From the NCBI GenBank assembly GCA_963666035.2, contig CAXXJI010000008.1:22715-86714 (forward strand): a DNA stretch of 64,000 nt. Reading direction: 5' to 3'. Shown here in pieces: positions 18,411-27,010 of this stretch (its first letter is position 1; each line of letters starts with the position of its first letter). Below the pieces are notes generated by a model. The model had not been told where the DNA came from and searched no databases. It saw only the letters and a list, made by a program, of their open reading frames with translations. The DNA comes from Christensenellaceae bacterium. GTDB taxonomy: Bacteria > Bacillota > Clostridia > Christensenellales > CALMFG01. The translations under genes and the position numbers were made by a program.

Positions 18411-20208
18411 AATCAAACTCATACTCGATAATAAAGCCTGAGGATTCATCAATGTTAAGAACCAGATTGAAAAACACTGTCTCTACTATCAAATACTCTT
18501 GGGTATAAACTTTGATTTCATCGTAAGACATAGTTGTAAAATCAATTTCATAAACATCTTCAGCTATTTTTCTAGATTGAATCCATTCTTCTGCTTCCTC
18601 AAAAGAAAGGTCTCGCGATTCATAATTGATAACCGCAAAATTGAATTCAAAACTATCGACATTTAGAAACACGTTATAAGTACCATTAATTGGCGCAACT
18701 TTTATATCGTTAAGTGCTGTTTTTAAACTCAGATACTCTTTGGAGTCTTTTACTTGTTGACTAAATCCGTATTCATAATCCAAAATAAAACTTGTGATTT
18801 TAATGCTGTTTTTTACCAATAGATTTTCCAACAACGCTAAGCCGCTTTCAGAGAAATCAATACTTTGTACTGGCAGAACTTTGTGGATTGCTTGCCAAAT
18901 ATAGTTATAAAGGTTGTTAGTAAAAACATCAATAAGGAAACTATTGGTTGAGAATTGTCTATGCTTAATATTTGGAGTCAGGTACATTTTGCTTGATTCA
19001 TTAAAGAGTAGACTTGGATTGAATGCGCTTCCAGCCTTTTGCGATAGCGTTGCCTTTATTGATTTGTTTATTTTTTCAATTTCAATTTGCGGGTTGTCGT
19101 TTTGATATGTTGTAATTAAGGATTTCTTACGCATATTATTAAAAAACAAATACAATGATTTTTGGGTATGGGTTCCTTTATTAATGAATAATGGTTTTAA
19201 TCTCTCAACATCTTGTTTCGTTTTTGGGCTTAGGTCACTAGTTCGGTTATCAAAACATTGTAGAGCTGATAAACAAATACGTTCGAGAAAATGGTTATCC
19301 GGAATTGGACCACTTTGAAAATGCTTCGAAAATTCCGTTACCACATTAGATGAAAACTCAAAAAGGTATGATAAAGCAATAATTATCCTTACATTTCTAT
19401 TTTCGGGAACTTCGCGTACTTGAACACCACCACCATCAGGGAAAAAGTCAAATAACCAAAAATGATAATGCTCCGAAAATAAGTTTTCTATATAGTACTT
19501 AATCACTTCTGTAATATTTTCTTCAATAAGCCTGCTTAGACTAATTCGCACGTTGCTGGGTGTATTAATATTATAACTTAAAAGCGCTCTAAGACTCTCG
19601 ACATGAGATTCTTTAATCGACTGATCTTCATAAAATGAGTAGATATATAAAGCAAGAAACATCTCGGATATTGTGGCAATAAAGTTATGCTTGGAATACG
19701 TTTGATTATTTATCGCTAATGAGTATATGATTTTCTCATAGAAATGTTTTTGCATTTCTATGTCTTGATTCAACAGGACAAAATCTTTAAAAAAGTATAG
19801 CAATGATTTTTTATGGATTTCACTTTGGCCATCTTTATATCGAGAAAACTCGCAGAGCGATTCTAACATTTCATCGATTTTATTCCGTTTGAGATTGATA
19901 TCTATTACATAGTTTTTAAGAATGCATGAGAAATGCTGAAATGTGATGTAAATTTTATAATCTTCATCAATTAAGTCACTATTAATAATGTTTGGCAAAT
20001 TACTTTGCAAATTGTATTGAGATAAATCTTTTGTGCTCATTGACAAAAAAGAACTGAACACTTCCGAGAGAATAGCTTCTTTCTCCGAAGAACTCTTATT
20101 GTTTAACACATCGCGATATGCAGCCACGAACCCAAAACTTTTCATGGTAGATAAGAATATCCGTGTGTTGGCATTGCGCAATTCGATTTTTAATTCGCTA
20201 TGATTCAT
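18409..20208 (-). CDS. Unknown ~600-aa soluble protein (AT-rich cargo), partner of the 4TM protein
   Basis: Long ORF with no motif I can assign. ATG 20208 overlaps the upstream stop by 11 nt; the alternative ATG is 20226. Confidence 0.7.
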   Translation of the reverse strand: MNHSELKIELRNANTRIFLSTMKSFGFVAAYRDVLNNKSSSEKEAILSEVFSSFLSMSTKDLSQYNLQSNLPNIINSDLIDEDYKIYITFQHFSCILKNYVIDINLKRNKIDEMLESLCEFSRYKDGQSEIHKKSLLYFFKDFVLLNQDIEMQKHFYEKIIYSLAINNQTYSKHNFIATISEMFLALYIYSFYEDQSIKESHVESLRALLSYNINTPSNVRISLSRLIEENITEVIKYYIENLFSEHYHFWLFDFFPDGGGVQVREVPENRNVRIIIALSYLFEFSSNVVTEFSKHFQSGPIPDNHFLERICLSALQCFDNRTSDLSPKTKQDVERLKPLFINKGTHTQKSLYLFFNNMRKKSLITTYQNDNPQIEIEKINKSIKATLSQKAGSAFNPSLLFNESSKMYLTPNIKHRQFSTNSFLIDVFTNNLYNYIWQAIHKVLPVQSIDFSESGLALLENLLVKNSIKITSFILDYEYGFSQQVKDSKEYLSLKTALNDIKVAPINGTYNVFLNVDSFEFNFAVINYESRDLSFEEAEEWIQSRKIAEDVYEIDFTTMSYDEIKVYTQEYLIVETVFFNLVLNIDESSGFIIEYEFD

Positions 20209-20818
20209 TTGAGATACCTTTCTCAATTTCTTCTAAACATTTAAAAGCAGAAGGAAGCGACTCTTTGCTTCGTTTATCAGTCTGATCACAGATATAGCAG
20301 GATATTCTCTGAATAAAAAGTGAAATCTGTTGATACTCATCATGTATTAAGCAAAATTCTATTTCGAGTAATATCAACTTCTCTTTTTCCGTGTCCTTTA
20401 TTATAAAGAGCCACAGTATGTAGCTATTCACGCCAATATATACAATTATACAGAAGAGCACTGCTGTTGAGGCGTTAGGGAAACCAAGAAACAGTAGCCC
20501 AACAGAAAGACTCATTGCCATGAAGACATGTTTTATTAAGGACAACATATCAACTGGAGATGAATTAAACTCAATCAAAGATTTAATTTCAAATCCAATG
20601 TATTCTCTCGAAATAGAATTAAGTGCAATGGACATTAAAGTAATGCCAAGGACACCAACTGTAATGATTGCTGAAAAGACATAATAAATATAATTTCCAT
20701 CCACCGCGAATATGTAGAAACAACGAAAATTCGTGAAAAAGGCAATAGAAATATCATATATAAGGAGTAACGGTATGAGTATATAACTGAAAATCTTTAT
20801 CGATTTAATGAGTTTCAC
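20198..20818 (-). CDS. Unknown 4-TM membrane protein with a ~65-aa cytoplasmic tail (AT-rich cargo)
   Basis: GTG start immediately after the int stop (TAAGTG), with GGAGGT RBS inside the int 3' end. Four hydrophobic segments (IFSYILIPLLLIY.., IYYVFSAIITVGVLGITLMSIAL, VFMAMSLSVGLLFLGF, AVLFCIIVYIGVNSYILWLFII). Confidence 0.7.
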   Translation of the reverse strand: MKLIKSIKIFSYILIPLLLIYDISIAFFTNFRCFYIFAVDGNYIYYVFSAIITVGVLGITLMSIALNSISREYIGFEIKSLIEFNSSPVDMLSLIKHVFMAMSLSVGLLFLGFPNASTAVLFCIIVYIGVNSYILWLFIIKDTEKEKLILLEIEFCLIHDEYQQISLFIQRISCYICDQTDKRSKESLPSAFKCLEEIEKGISNES

Positions 20819-20819
20819 T

Positions 20820-21875
20820 TTATACCTCCAACCTCATAATCGCCTCTCTCTTCGCATCCATACTCTCATGCACATAAATCTTGGCGGTGACATTGATATC
20901 CGAGTGTCGCATCAGCTTTGAGGTGATGTAGATATCCTTTGTTGCCTCATAGACCAGACTGCCAAAGGTGTGCCGGAGCTCGTGGGTCGATAGAATCGGG
21001 ATATCCGGATTCGCCTTGTGCATATCCGCCATAAACGGGCGGTAGGTGCGGTTAAACCAGGTCGAGGGGCTCTGCAGCTTGTCCTTGGTGTTCGGGAACA
21101 CATAGCCGCTGATTGATCGCGGCAGGGAAGCGAACAGACGCTTCAACTCATTATCGAATGGGATGTCAGCAATGCTGGCTTTTGTTTTAGGCGGGCCAAT
21201 CGTGGTGCCGTATTTGGTCTCAGCCACTGACATATTCACCGACAAAAGATTATTAGACAAATCAATATCACTCCAGCGCAAAGCCAGCAGTTCACTTCTT
21301 CTGAGGCCTGCTTTCAGCAGTACAATGATAGGCGCGCCATGGCGGTGGCCTTTGGCGAATTCGATCACACGTTCGACTTGCTCTTTTGTATATACTCGTT
21401 TCTCTTTGGCTTCAGCTTTAGATTGTATCGACACATTTTTGACCGGGTTTTTCACAATCAAATCATTATCGATGGCGGCTTCAAAGAGCGCGTTCAACGT
21501 AATCTTCATTTTGTTGAGCGAAGACTTGGAGTAGTGCGCGTTCTCATTGAAGAAATTACGGATGTCAATCTGTTTGATATCGGCCAGCCGGGCATTTTTG
21601 AAGTGTGGCACAATCTGATTGCGCACGGGCGCTAGATACGAGTTCTGATAAGTCAGCTCGCTCACATTGCCATGCTTATAGACTTCCAGCCACTTCTCGG
21701 CCCATTCGGCCAACGTGATGGTTTTATCCACTGGGCCAAAGGAGTTATTAATGATATACTCTTGGGCCTTGGCGTTGGCTTCTTTCTTTGTACGGCCATA
21801 AAAACCCTTCCGGATGGGTGTGCCGTCCGGATTGTGGCCGACTGTGATTTTGATTTGAATTCTTGGTTTTGACAT
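20820..21875 (-). CDS. int: Tyrosine recombinase / phage integrase
   Basis: Motifs LKAGLRRSELLALRW, HELRHTFGS and LMRHSDINVTAKIYVH (catalytic Tyr), plus an N-terminal SAM-like domain. Confidence 0.9.
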   Translation of the reverse strand: MSKPRIQIKITVGHNPDGTPIRKGFYGRTKKEANAKAQEYIINNSFGPVDKTITLAEWAEKWLEVYKHGNVSELTYQNSYLAPVRNQIVPHFKNARLADIKQIDIRNFFNENAHYSKSSLNKMKITLNALFEAAIDNDLIVKNPVKNVSIQSKAEAKEKRVYTKEQVERVIEFAKGHRHGAPIIVLLKAGLRRSELLALRWSDIDLSNNLLSVNMSVAETKYGTTIGPPKTKASIADIPFDNELKRLFASLPRSISGYVFPNTKDKLQSPSTWFNRTYRPFMADMHKANPDIPILSTHELRHTFGSLVYEATKDIYITSKLMRHSDINVTAKIYVHESMDAKREAIMRLEV

Positions 21876-21884
21876 AATAGTTCC

Positions 21885-22850
21885 TTAAACGATTTGATAT
21901 ACTAATTTTTTTGTTTTAATATTTAAACCCCATTCAAATTTGTTATTTGAATAATTATAAACGATAATATCGGGGTGGAAGTGCTGTGTTTCTCTTCCTA
22001 GCGAAAAAGCAACTGAAGTTGAGATTGTTGCAAATATATGAATTTCATCAGTGCCGTTTTTTTGTAGAGTATTAATTAGTTCTTTGAACTTTTGGGTGAT
22101 TATTTCAATATCATTATAATAATAGACAGGATATTTGATCTTAAACCTCACTATTGTTGGGTTAGGTATTGTTTTAGCAATATCATCGTCAGATATTGAA
22201 TATGTTTGCTCCACAGCTATTACAACAATATTGCTACTTGGAACTTCTGAAGATATGTCAACTAATCTTTTACCAGCTTGAACATTGGTTAACTCAAAAA
22301 AACCACGTTCCTTATCAGTATATCGTCCATCATTATATTCAAATAATTTTACGTGACGAATATTTTTAAAGGTATAACCATCTAGAAAGGCATAAGGGAT
22401 ATTAGGAAATCCTATGTATATAAAATTGCCGTTAGCCTTAGTTTGTTTAAAGGCTTGTAATATTTCCTTTTCTCTTCTAGATGAATACCTTTCTATAATT
22501 TTTCTGGTATTTTCTTTTGAAGTGAATACTATCTTTTTTCCTGCCTTTCTTAATTCGAGCTGGTAGATTGAGATTCCGTTAGAAAAATACTGAGAAAGGG
22601 CTTCTTTACAATTGCATTGTTTTACATCACTAGACGAGAAAACAACGGTCTTTGCTTTTATTTGTAAAAGTCTATACAACCACGCTTTTATATCTTTTGT
22701 ATGCTCGCTGCTGGCTTTTCGTAAAGATAGTACTATTATTAAAACTGCGATAATTGTAATAGTGAATAAAGTTGCTAAAAACGGATGCTCAATAAAAAGG
22801 TTGAATACTGAACTGGTTGAATCTATAATTTCGCTATAATCATTTGGCAT
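21885..22850 (-). CDS. CBASS effector candidate: N-terminal TM + SAVED-like sensor (Cap14-like)
   Basis: TM FLATLFTITIIAVLIIVLSL. Two CARF/SAVED-like units (FIYIGFPNIPYAFLDGY and IHIFATISTSVAFSLGRE). Overlaps Cap3 by 11 nt. Confidence 0.5.
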   Translation of the reverse strand: MPNDYSEIIDSTSSVFNLFIEHPFLATLFTITIIAVLIIVLSLRKASSEHTKDIKAWLYRLLQIKAKTVVFSSSDVKQCNCKEALSQYFSNGISIYQLELRKAGKKIVFTSKENTRKIIERYSSRREKEILQAFKQTKANGNFIYIGFPNIPYAFLDGYTFKNIRHVKLFEYNDGRYTDKERGFFELTNVQAGKRLVDISSEVPSSNIVVIAVEQTYSISDDDIAKTIPNPTIVRFKIKYPVYYYNDIEIITQKFKELINTLQKNGTDEIHIFATISTSVAFSLGRETQHFHPDIIVYNYSNNKFEWGLNIKTKKLVYQIV

Positions 22851-23322
22851 GATTTACCTCTCCAATCTTAATTATTTCATTAGCATTTATATGGCCAATC
22901 CAAAAACCAATACTTTCAGTTCCAAGAATTATAAAAACTAGTATTCTAGAGTCTGTTTTGCAGTTATTTAGGAGTGCCTTCCAGTTATTAATATCTTGAT
23001 ATGAAGGCGTTGGATGGGCAGTAGGGTGAGTGTGCCATTCTCCAAGATACATTTTTGTTTTTCCACTTTTTCGCCACAACCCGTGTAGGGTTTTGTTGTG
23101 GTTTATGCTACGAAAGTAAAAAAACCTATCTCTTCTATCACTATCAATTGGGGAGGTACAATCTTCAATTATAATTGCTCCCGTGTTTTTTATTATTGAG
23201 CCTATTAGCATGCCGCCTGATTCAGGTTTGTTCTTTTGATTTTGAATATTGCTATAAATGCAACTAAGAACGTTACTTTCTATTTTTATAATTTCTTTAC
23301 TGGCTTGAAGAGTTATGTCCAT
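22840..23322 (-). CDS. cap3: CBASS Cap3, JAB/JAMM isopeptidase
   Basis: ESGGMLIG and EWHTHPTAHPTPSYQD (HxHx7SxxD). ORF track allows a start at 23376; ATG 23322 gives a shorter overlap with Cap2. Confidence 0.8.
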   Translation of the reverse strand: MDITLQASKEIIKIESNVLSCIYSNIQNQKNKPESGGMLIGSIIKNTGAIIIEDCTSPIDSDRRDRFFYFRSINHNKTLHGLWRKSGKTKMYLGEWHTHPTAHPTPSYQDINNWKALLNNCKTDSRILVFIILGTESIGFWIGHINANEIIKIGEVNHAK

Positions 23323-24994
23323 CCTTTGCCCCCACACTACAGATTTTGCATGCTGAATTAATGAAGTCTTCGTCAATCATGTTTTTAGAGTTGTAAGCAT
23401 TTTTGAATCTGTCTGAAAGTTTATGGCCATTTGCTAGTAATTCCTTAGGATTGCCTCGCCATGAATAGAGTGCATTTTTTTGAATTTGTAATGAGGAATT
23501 TAAAAAATCGACGGTTATATTTGCAGCCATTGTTGCTGTTTCCATGACGCTAACACTTCCGTAAGGCGTAAAGGCACCTGCACATCCGCCAGTGTTTTTA
23601 ACAAAGGGTTGTTCACCTTCTATTGCAAACGCTTCTTTATTTTGGATATCATCAAATAGACATTCGAAACAACCTGGATATTCTGGATTAATGTATAATG
23701 CATGACCGCCTATTCCATAGGCTTCTATCCATGTTATAATATATGGAACCGATGAGGTTATTAGATATTCGTTTACTATTTTATTCTTGTTTGGTTCTCC
23801 AATCGCTGAGATTATTAGGTCGTATTCTTTGAGGTCTAAATCACTCCCTATAATTGAAAAAACATCATTAGAAAAGCATTTTATTTCACAATAGGGATAC
23901 CGTCTTGTTAACTCTTTTCTAAGTGCTTCTACTTTGTAATCTAAGAAACGGGAATAGTTAAGCCCTAAAAAATGTCTATACGAGTTCTCGGGACGCAATC
24001 TTTTATTATCTACGAAAGTTAAATGATTAATACCTGAGCGCGCTAAAAGAAAGGCAATATCACTGCCAAGAGAACCACATCCGATAATAAGCACTTTTGC
24101 TTCTGAAATATCTTCTGGCAATCGCTTACATAAATGCACTTTGTCATATCGCTGTATAACAAAAGGAGTTTTTGTAAACTCTGTTTCATATTTATTTGCG
24201 ATAATCGGATGAGTTTTTTTCAGCAGCTTAGATTTTTTTGATTTCTCATATCTAATTCCAAATATGACTTTTTCGTTGGTCAAGAGCTTTAAGCATATGA
24301 TATATTTATAATATCGTTTATTCTTTTTAATCTTTAATAAGTCTCTTAGATTTTTATAGCCAATATGGCATAATATTAATTTGGTTATGTTTTTCTGATA
24401 TGAAAAAAAATTGGAATCTAGAATTGGGCCAACATACTTTTTTTTCAATGGAATAAACACTGTCTCTTCATAATAATGAATGTCTTCCTTGAAAATAATG
24501 TTTTGGAGAGCTTTTTTGCTATTCTCATCTAAATCGCAAAAATAGGTGATATCATTATACTTGGCTGAGGCAACTTTTTTCACATAATCAGTGAGCTGGA
24601 AAATAGAAAAAAACAAATTACTCGTAATTTCCTTCTCAAAATAAACATTGAATTCTCGGTGATACTCATAAGTGATGTTATCAATATTAAAAATATTATC
24701 TATATTTTCCAAAACAAAAAGTAGTGCAAGTTCTGGATCGGAGCTCCAAGATTGACCTTCTGTTTCAATATAACAGATTTGATTTTCAAAAATATGCGGC
24801 AATTTACCAACTTCAGTTAAAATTCTAACTTGCGGCAGACTTCTTGGAAAATGAGCATCAAAACAAAATCGGAAATCTAAAGTATCACCTGAATAAGTAG
24901 TATATGATACGTCATAACAACTAGGTTCACCATCAACCGCGCGGATATTAAATAAAAGCTTGTTTGATTTTAATAAACTAAAAAAATCAATCAT
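23297..24994 (-). CDS. cap2: CBASS Cap2, E2-E1 (ubiquitin-transferase-like) fusion
   Basis: E2-like LPHIFENQICYIE, ThiF/E1 Rossmann LIIGCGSLGSDIAFLLARSG, and CxxC pairs (PGCFEC, ACKIC). Confidence 0.85.
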   Translation of the reverse strand: MIDFFSLLKSNKLLFNIRAVDGEPSCYDVSYTTYSGDTLDFRFCFDAHFPRSLPQVRILTEVGKLPHIFENQICYIETEGQSWSSDPELALLFVLENIDNIFNIDNITYEYHREFNVYFEKEITSNLFFSIFQLTDYVKKVASAKYNDITYFCDLDENSKKALQNIIFKEDIHYYEETVFIPLKKKYVGPILDSNFFSYQKNITKLILCHIGYKNLRDLLKIKKNKRYYKYIICLKLLTNEKVIFGIRYEKSKKSKLLKKTHPIIANKYETEFTKTPFVIQRYDKVHLCKRLPEDISEAKVLIIGCGSLGSDIAFLLARSGINHLTFVDNKRLRPENSYRHFLGLNYSRFLDYKVEALRKELTRRYPYCEIKCFSNDVFSIIGSDLDLKEYDLIISAIGEPNKNKIVNEYLITSSVPYIITWIEAYGIGGHALYINPEYPGCFECLFDDIQNKEAFAIEGEQPFVKNTGGCAGAFTPYGSVSVMETATMAANITVDFLNSSLQIQKNALYSWRGNPKELLANGHKLSDRFKNAYNSKNMIDEDFINSACKICSVGAKDGHNSSSQ

Positions 24995-26054
24995 TCGATA
25001 TCATTACCGCCGAAGATGAAGAATTCGCATGTGATTTTGAAGTTTTAACTCGAACTTCTTGAGGTTCAGGAACCTCAAAGTTTGGTCCGAAATATTGAGA
25101 CATAATCTTGCAAGCCTTATGAGTATCTGCTTCATTCAGAACACTTTCTAAAGCAGAGGACAATTTAGTTATTGATTCATAGAAATAAGTCATTTGTTTT
25201 AGCGTCATCTTCTCATATACATTTTTCCCAGGCTTAACTGGCAATAGCCTTGAAATGGAGTATGTTTCACTTGTGAAATCATATATAAACATGTTTTTTA
25301 TTCCATTTACTACTTGGATTAATGCGTTTAAGTCATCATATTCGGTTTTATCTTTTATTTGATTATATTTTGTTATTGGTGAAAAACTATAAAGGACGTC
25401 TAAAGTCAACCCAATACTTGGCGGTTCAGCGTTTCCTGTTTGAGAGAATTTTATATCTTTCCAAACTTTTAAATATCTAACAATTCGTCTAAATTGAGCT
25501 CGATCATCACCACTGAAGTTGTTTAAAATAGTATCTGATAATCCTCTGGGGTCACACTCTAACCAAGTTTTTTCTTCATCAGATGTTGAGGGTTTCCCCC
25601 AAGATAAATACAGTGAGTCGTTATATTTTGACTTAAAATAAACTGGAAGATCAACATGGAAGGTTGGTTCTCCGCTTAATGAATACGTTATAGTCAAACA
25701 AGGACGTTTAATCTTAGGCGGAACTGTAGTATGATTTTTAATTATTTCAAATATCAATTCTTTAATTTGAATTGGATCGGGAAAATCTTCTTTGTGTAAA
25801 TCAATAAGTATTCCTACATCAATGTCATAATCTTTATTTGGAGGGTTAATGCCTGTGCCAAGCTTATAGCTACCTTGATTAATATAGGAAATTGAAGAAC
25901 AAGAAATTTCCATCTCTTTAAACTTCTCTTTAAGGCCTGCTTTAATCTTATTGAAAACAATATCGCGTTTTTGACACAATGTTTGGTTTTCATCGAAAGT
26001 ACCAAGTTTGATCTTATCATGGAAATTGTTTAAATAATTTTGAATATAAGCCAT
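24987..26054 (-). CDS. cdnX: CBASS CD-NTase (cGAS/DncV-like nucleotidyltransferase)
   Basis: GS...DxD signature QGSYKLGTGINPPNKDYDIDVGI with a downstream third acidic residue (HVDLPVY). GGAGG RBS. 8-nt overlap with Cap2. Confidence 0.85.
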   Translation of the reverse strand: MAYIQNYLNNFHDKIKLGTFDENQTLCQKRDIVFNKIKAGLKEKFKEMEISCSSISYINQGSYKLGTGINPPNKDYDIDVGILIDLHKEDFPDPIQIKELIFEIIKNHTTVPPKIKRPCLTITYSLSGEPTFHVDLPVYFKSKYNDSLYLSWGKPSTSDEEKTWLECDPRGLSDTILNNFSGDDRAQFRRIVRYLKVWKDIKFSQTGNAEPPSIGLTLDVLYSFSPITKYNQIKDKTEYDDLNALIQVVNGIKNMFIYDFTSETYSISRLLPVKPGKNVYEKMTLKQMTYFYESITKLSSALESVLNEADTHKACKIMSQYFGPNFEVPEPQEVRVKTSKSHANSSSSAVMISND

Positions 26055-26114
26055 AATTCCTCCAATAATTTAATTCTATATTTTATAATAAAGGAAGCAT
26101 AGATGTAGTATAAA

Positions 26115-26235
26115 TTAACAACGCATTAACATCACTTTGAAAGACACAGCCTTTCCCAGCATCCTCACATTAATAATCTCTTTACCCCGGTTACTCAATA
26201 GCCTTATAACTGGACGACCAGTAGCCAGGGCAAAA
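26115..26235 (-). pseudogene. Fossil 3' end of a second S24/CI-type repressor gene
   Basis: Translates ALATGRPVIRLLSNRGKEIINVRMLGKAVSFKVMLMRC*, colinear with the CI C-terminus LVAENPAYKPLVYQGEEMNNVRILGKAVAFQSDVR*. DNA 26128..26186 resembles 27017..27075. No N-terminal part is present. Confidence 0.7.
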
Positions 26236-26246
26236 GAAGTTTTTGT

Positions 26247-26909
26247 TTACCACTCAGTCCCGCAGTTATTAACCCCATACTCAGCTTGAGCGTTCGAGAA
26301 GCCTTCAAACTTTAACTGATCAATCAGCCCGCTTTTTGAAAAAGTCATAGAATCCAAATACTCACGTGCTTTTTTTGCTGCCTGTTCGTTCCAATCAGCA
26401 CCACAGTTCGAAACGCCGTAAGTAGCTTCATCATCTGAAAAGCCTTCATATTTTAGCTGATCAATGAGCCCACTTTCGGAGAAAGACATAGTGGATAAAT
26501 ACTCCATAGCTTTTGTTAACGCCTGCTCGTTCCAGTCAGCTCCACAGTTTTCAACAGCGTATATGGCTTCTTCATTGGTATAGCCTTCATACTCCAATTG
26601 CTCAACCAAGCCGTTTTTTGAGAAACTCATAAGTGATAAATAATCATTCGCGGTTGTTAATGCATTTCGCATGCCCAGCGGAATATCTGATGCAGGCTCT
26701 GGTGTTGCGACTACCGCGACTTCCTCCAAAACAGTTTCTGATGCATCAGCTTGCGTTGGCTCATCAATAACTGCTTGAACAGGGGAACTCTTCTCGGCTG
26801 TATCGGATGTATCTCCGCCACATGAGCCAATAGCCGCCATCAGGACGATGACAACGATTACCCAGAACCACCATTTTTGATAGAATTTCTTTTTATCTTT
26901 TTCTTCCAT
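26247..26909 (-). CDS. ltp: Ltp-family surface lipoprotein (superinfection-exclusion type) with three Ltp repeats
   Basis: TM plus lipobox AAIGSCGG. Three ~47-aa repeats (SFS.SGLIDQLKYEGFS..EA.YGV.NCGADWNEQA). Confidence 0.75.
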   Translation of the reverse strand: MEEKDKKKFYQKWWFWVIVVIVLMAAIGSCGGDTSDTAEKSSPVQAVIDEPTQADASETVLEEVAVVATPEPASDIPLGMRNALTTANDYLSLMSFSKNGLVEQLEYEGYTNEEAIYAVENCGADWNEQALTKAMEYLSTMSFSESGLIDQLKYEGFSDDEATYGVSNCGADWNEQAAKKAREYLDSMTFSKSGLIDQLKFEGFSNAQAEYGVNNCGTEW

Positions 26910-26948
26910 AGATACAACCGTCCTCTCTGAATTCCATTTTTTATCTAT

Positions 26949-26977
26949 ATATTACAATTTCACGAAACAACATTCAA
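26949..26977 (-). promoter_or_regulatory. Candidate sigma-A promoter of ltp
   Basis: Minus strand reads TTGAAT, 17 nt, TAATAT, upstream of a GAGAGGA RBS. Confidence 0.45.
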
Positions 26978-27010
26978 TAAAATATAGAAAAAAAGTAATT
27001 CTTTAAGTGA

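Noticed and set aside
26055-26114. CBASS operon promoter upstream of the CD-NTase gene
   Set aside because: The region is so AT-rich that several -10-like hexamers occur, and none has a convincingly spaced -35. I could not choose one without transcript data.
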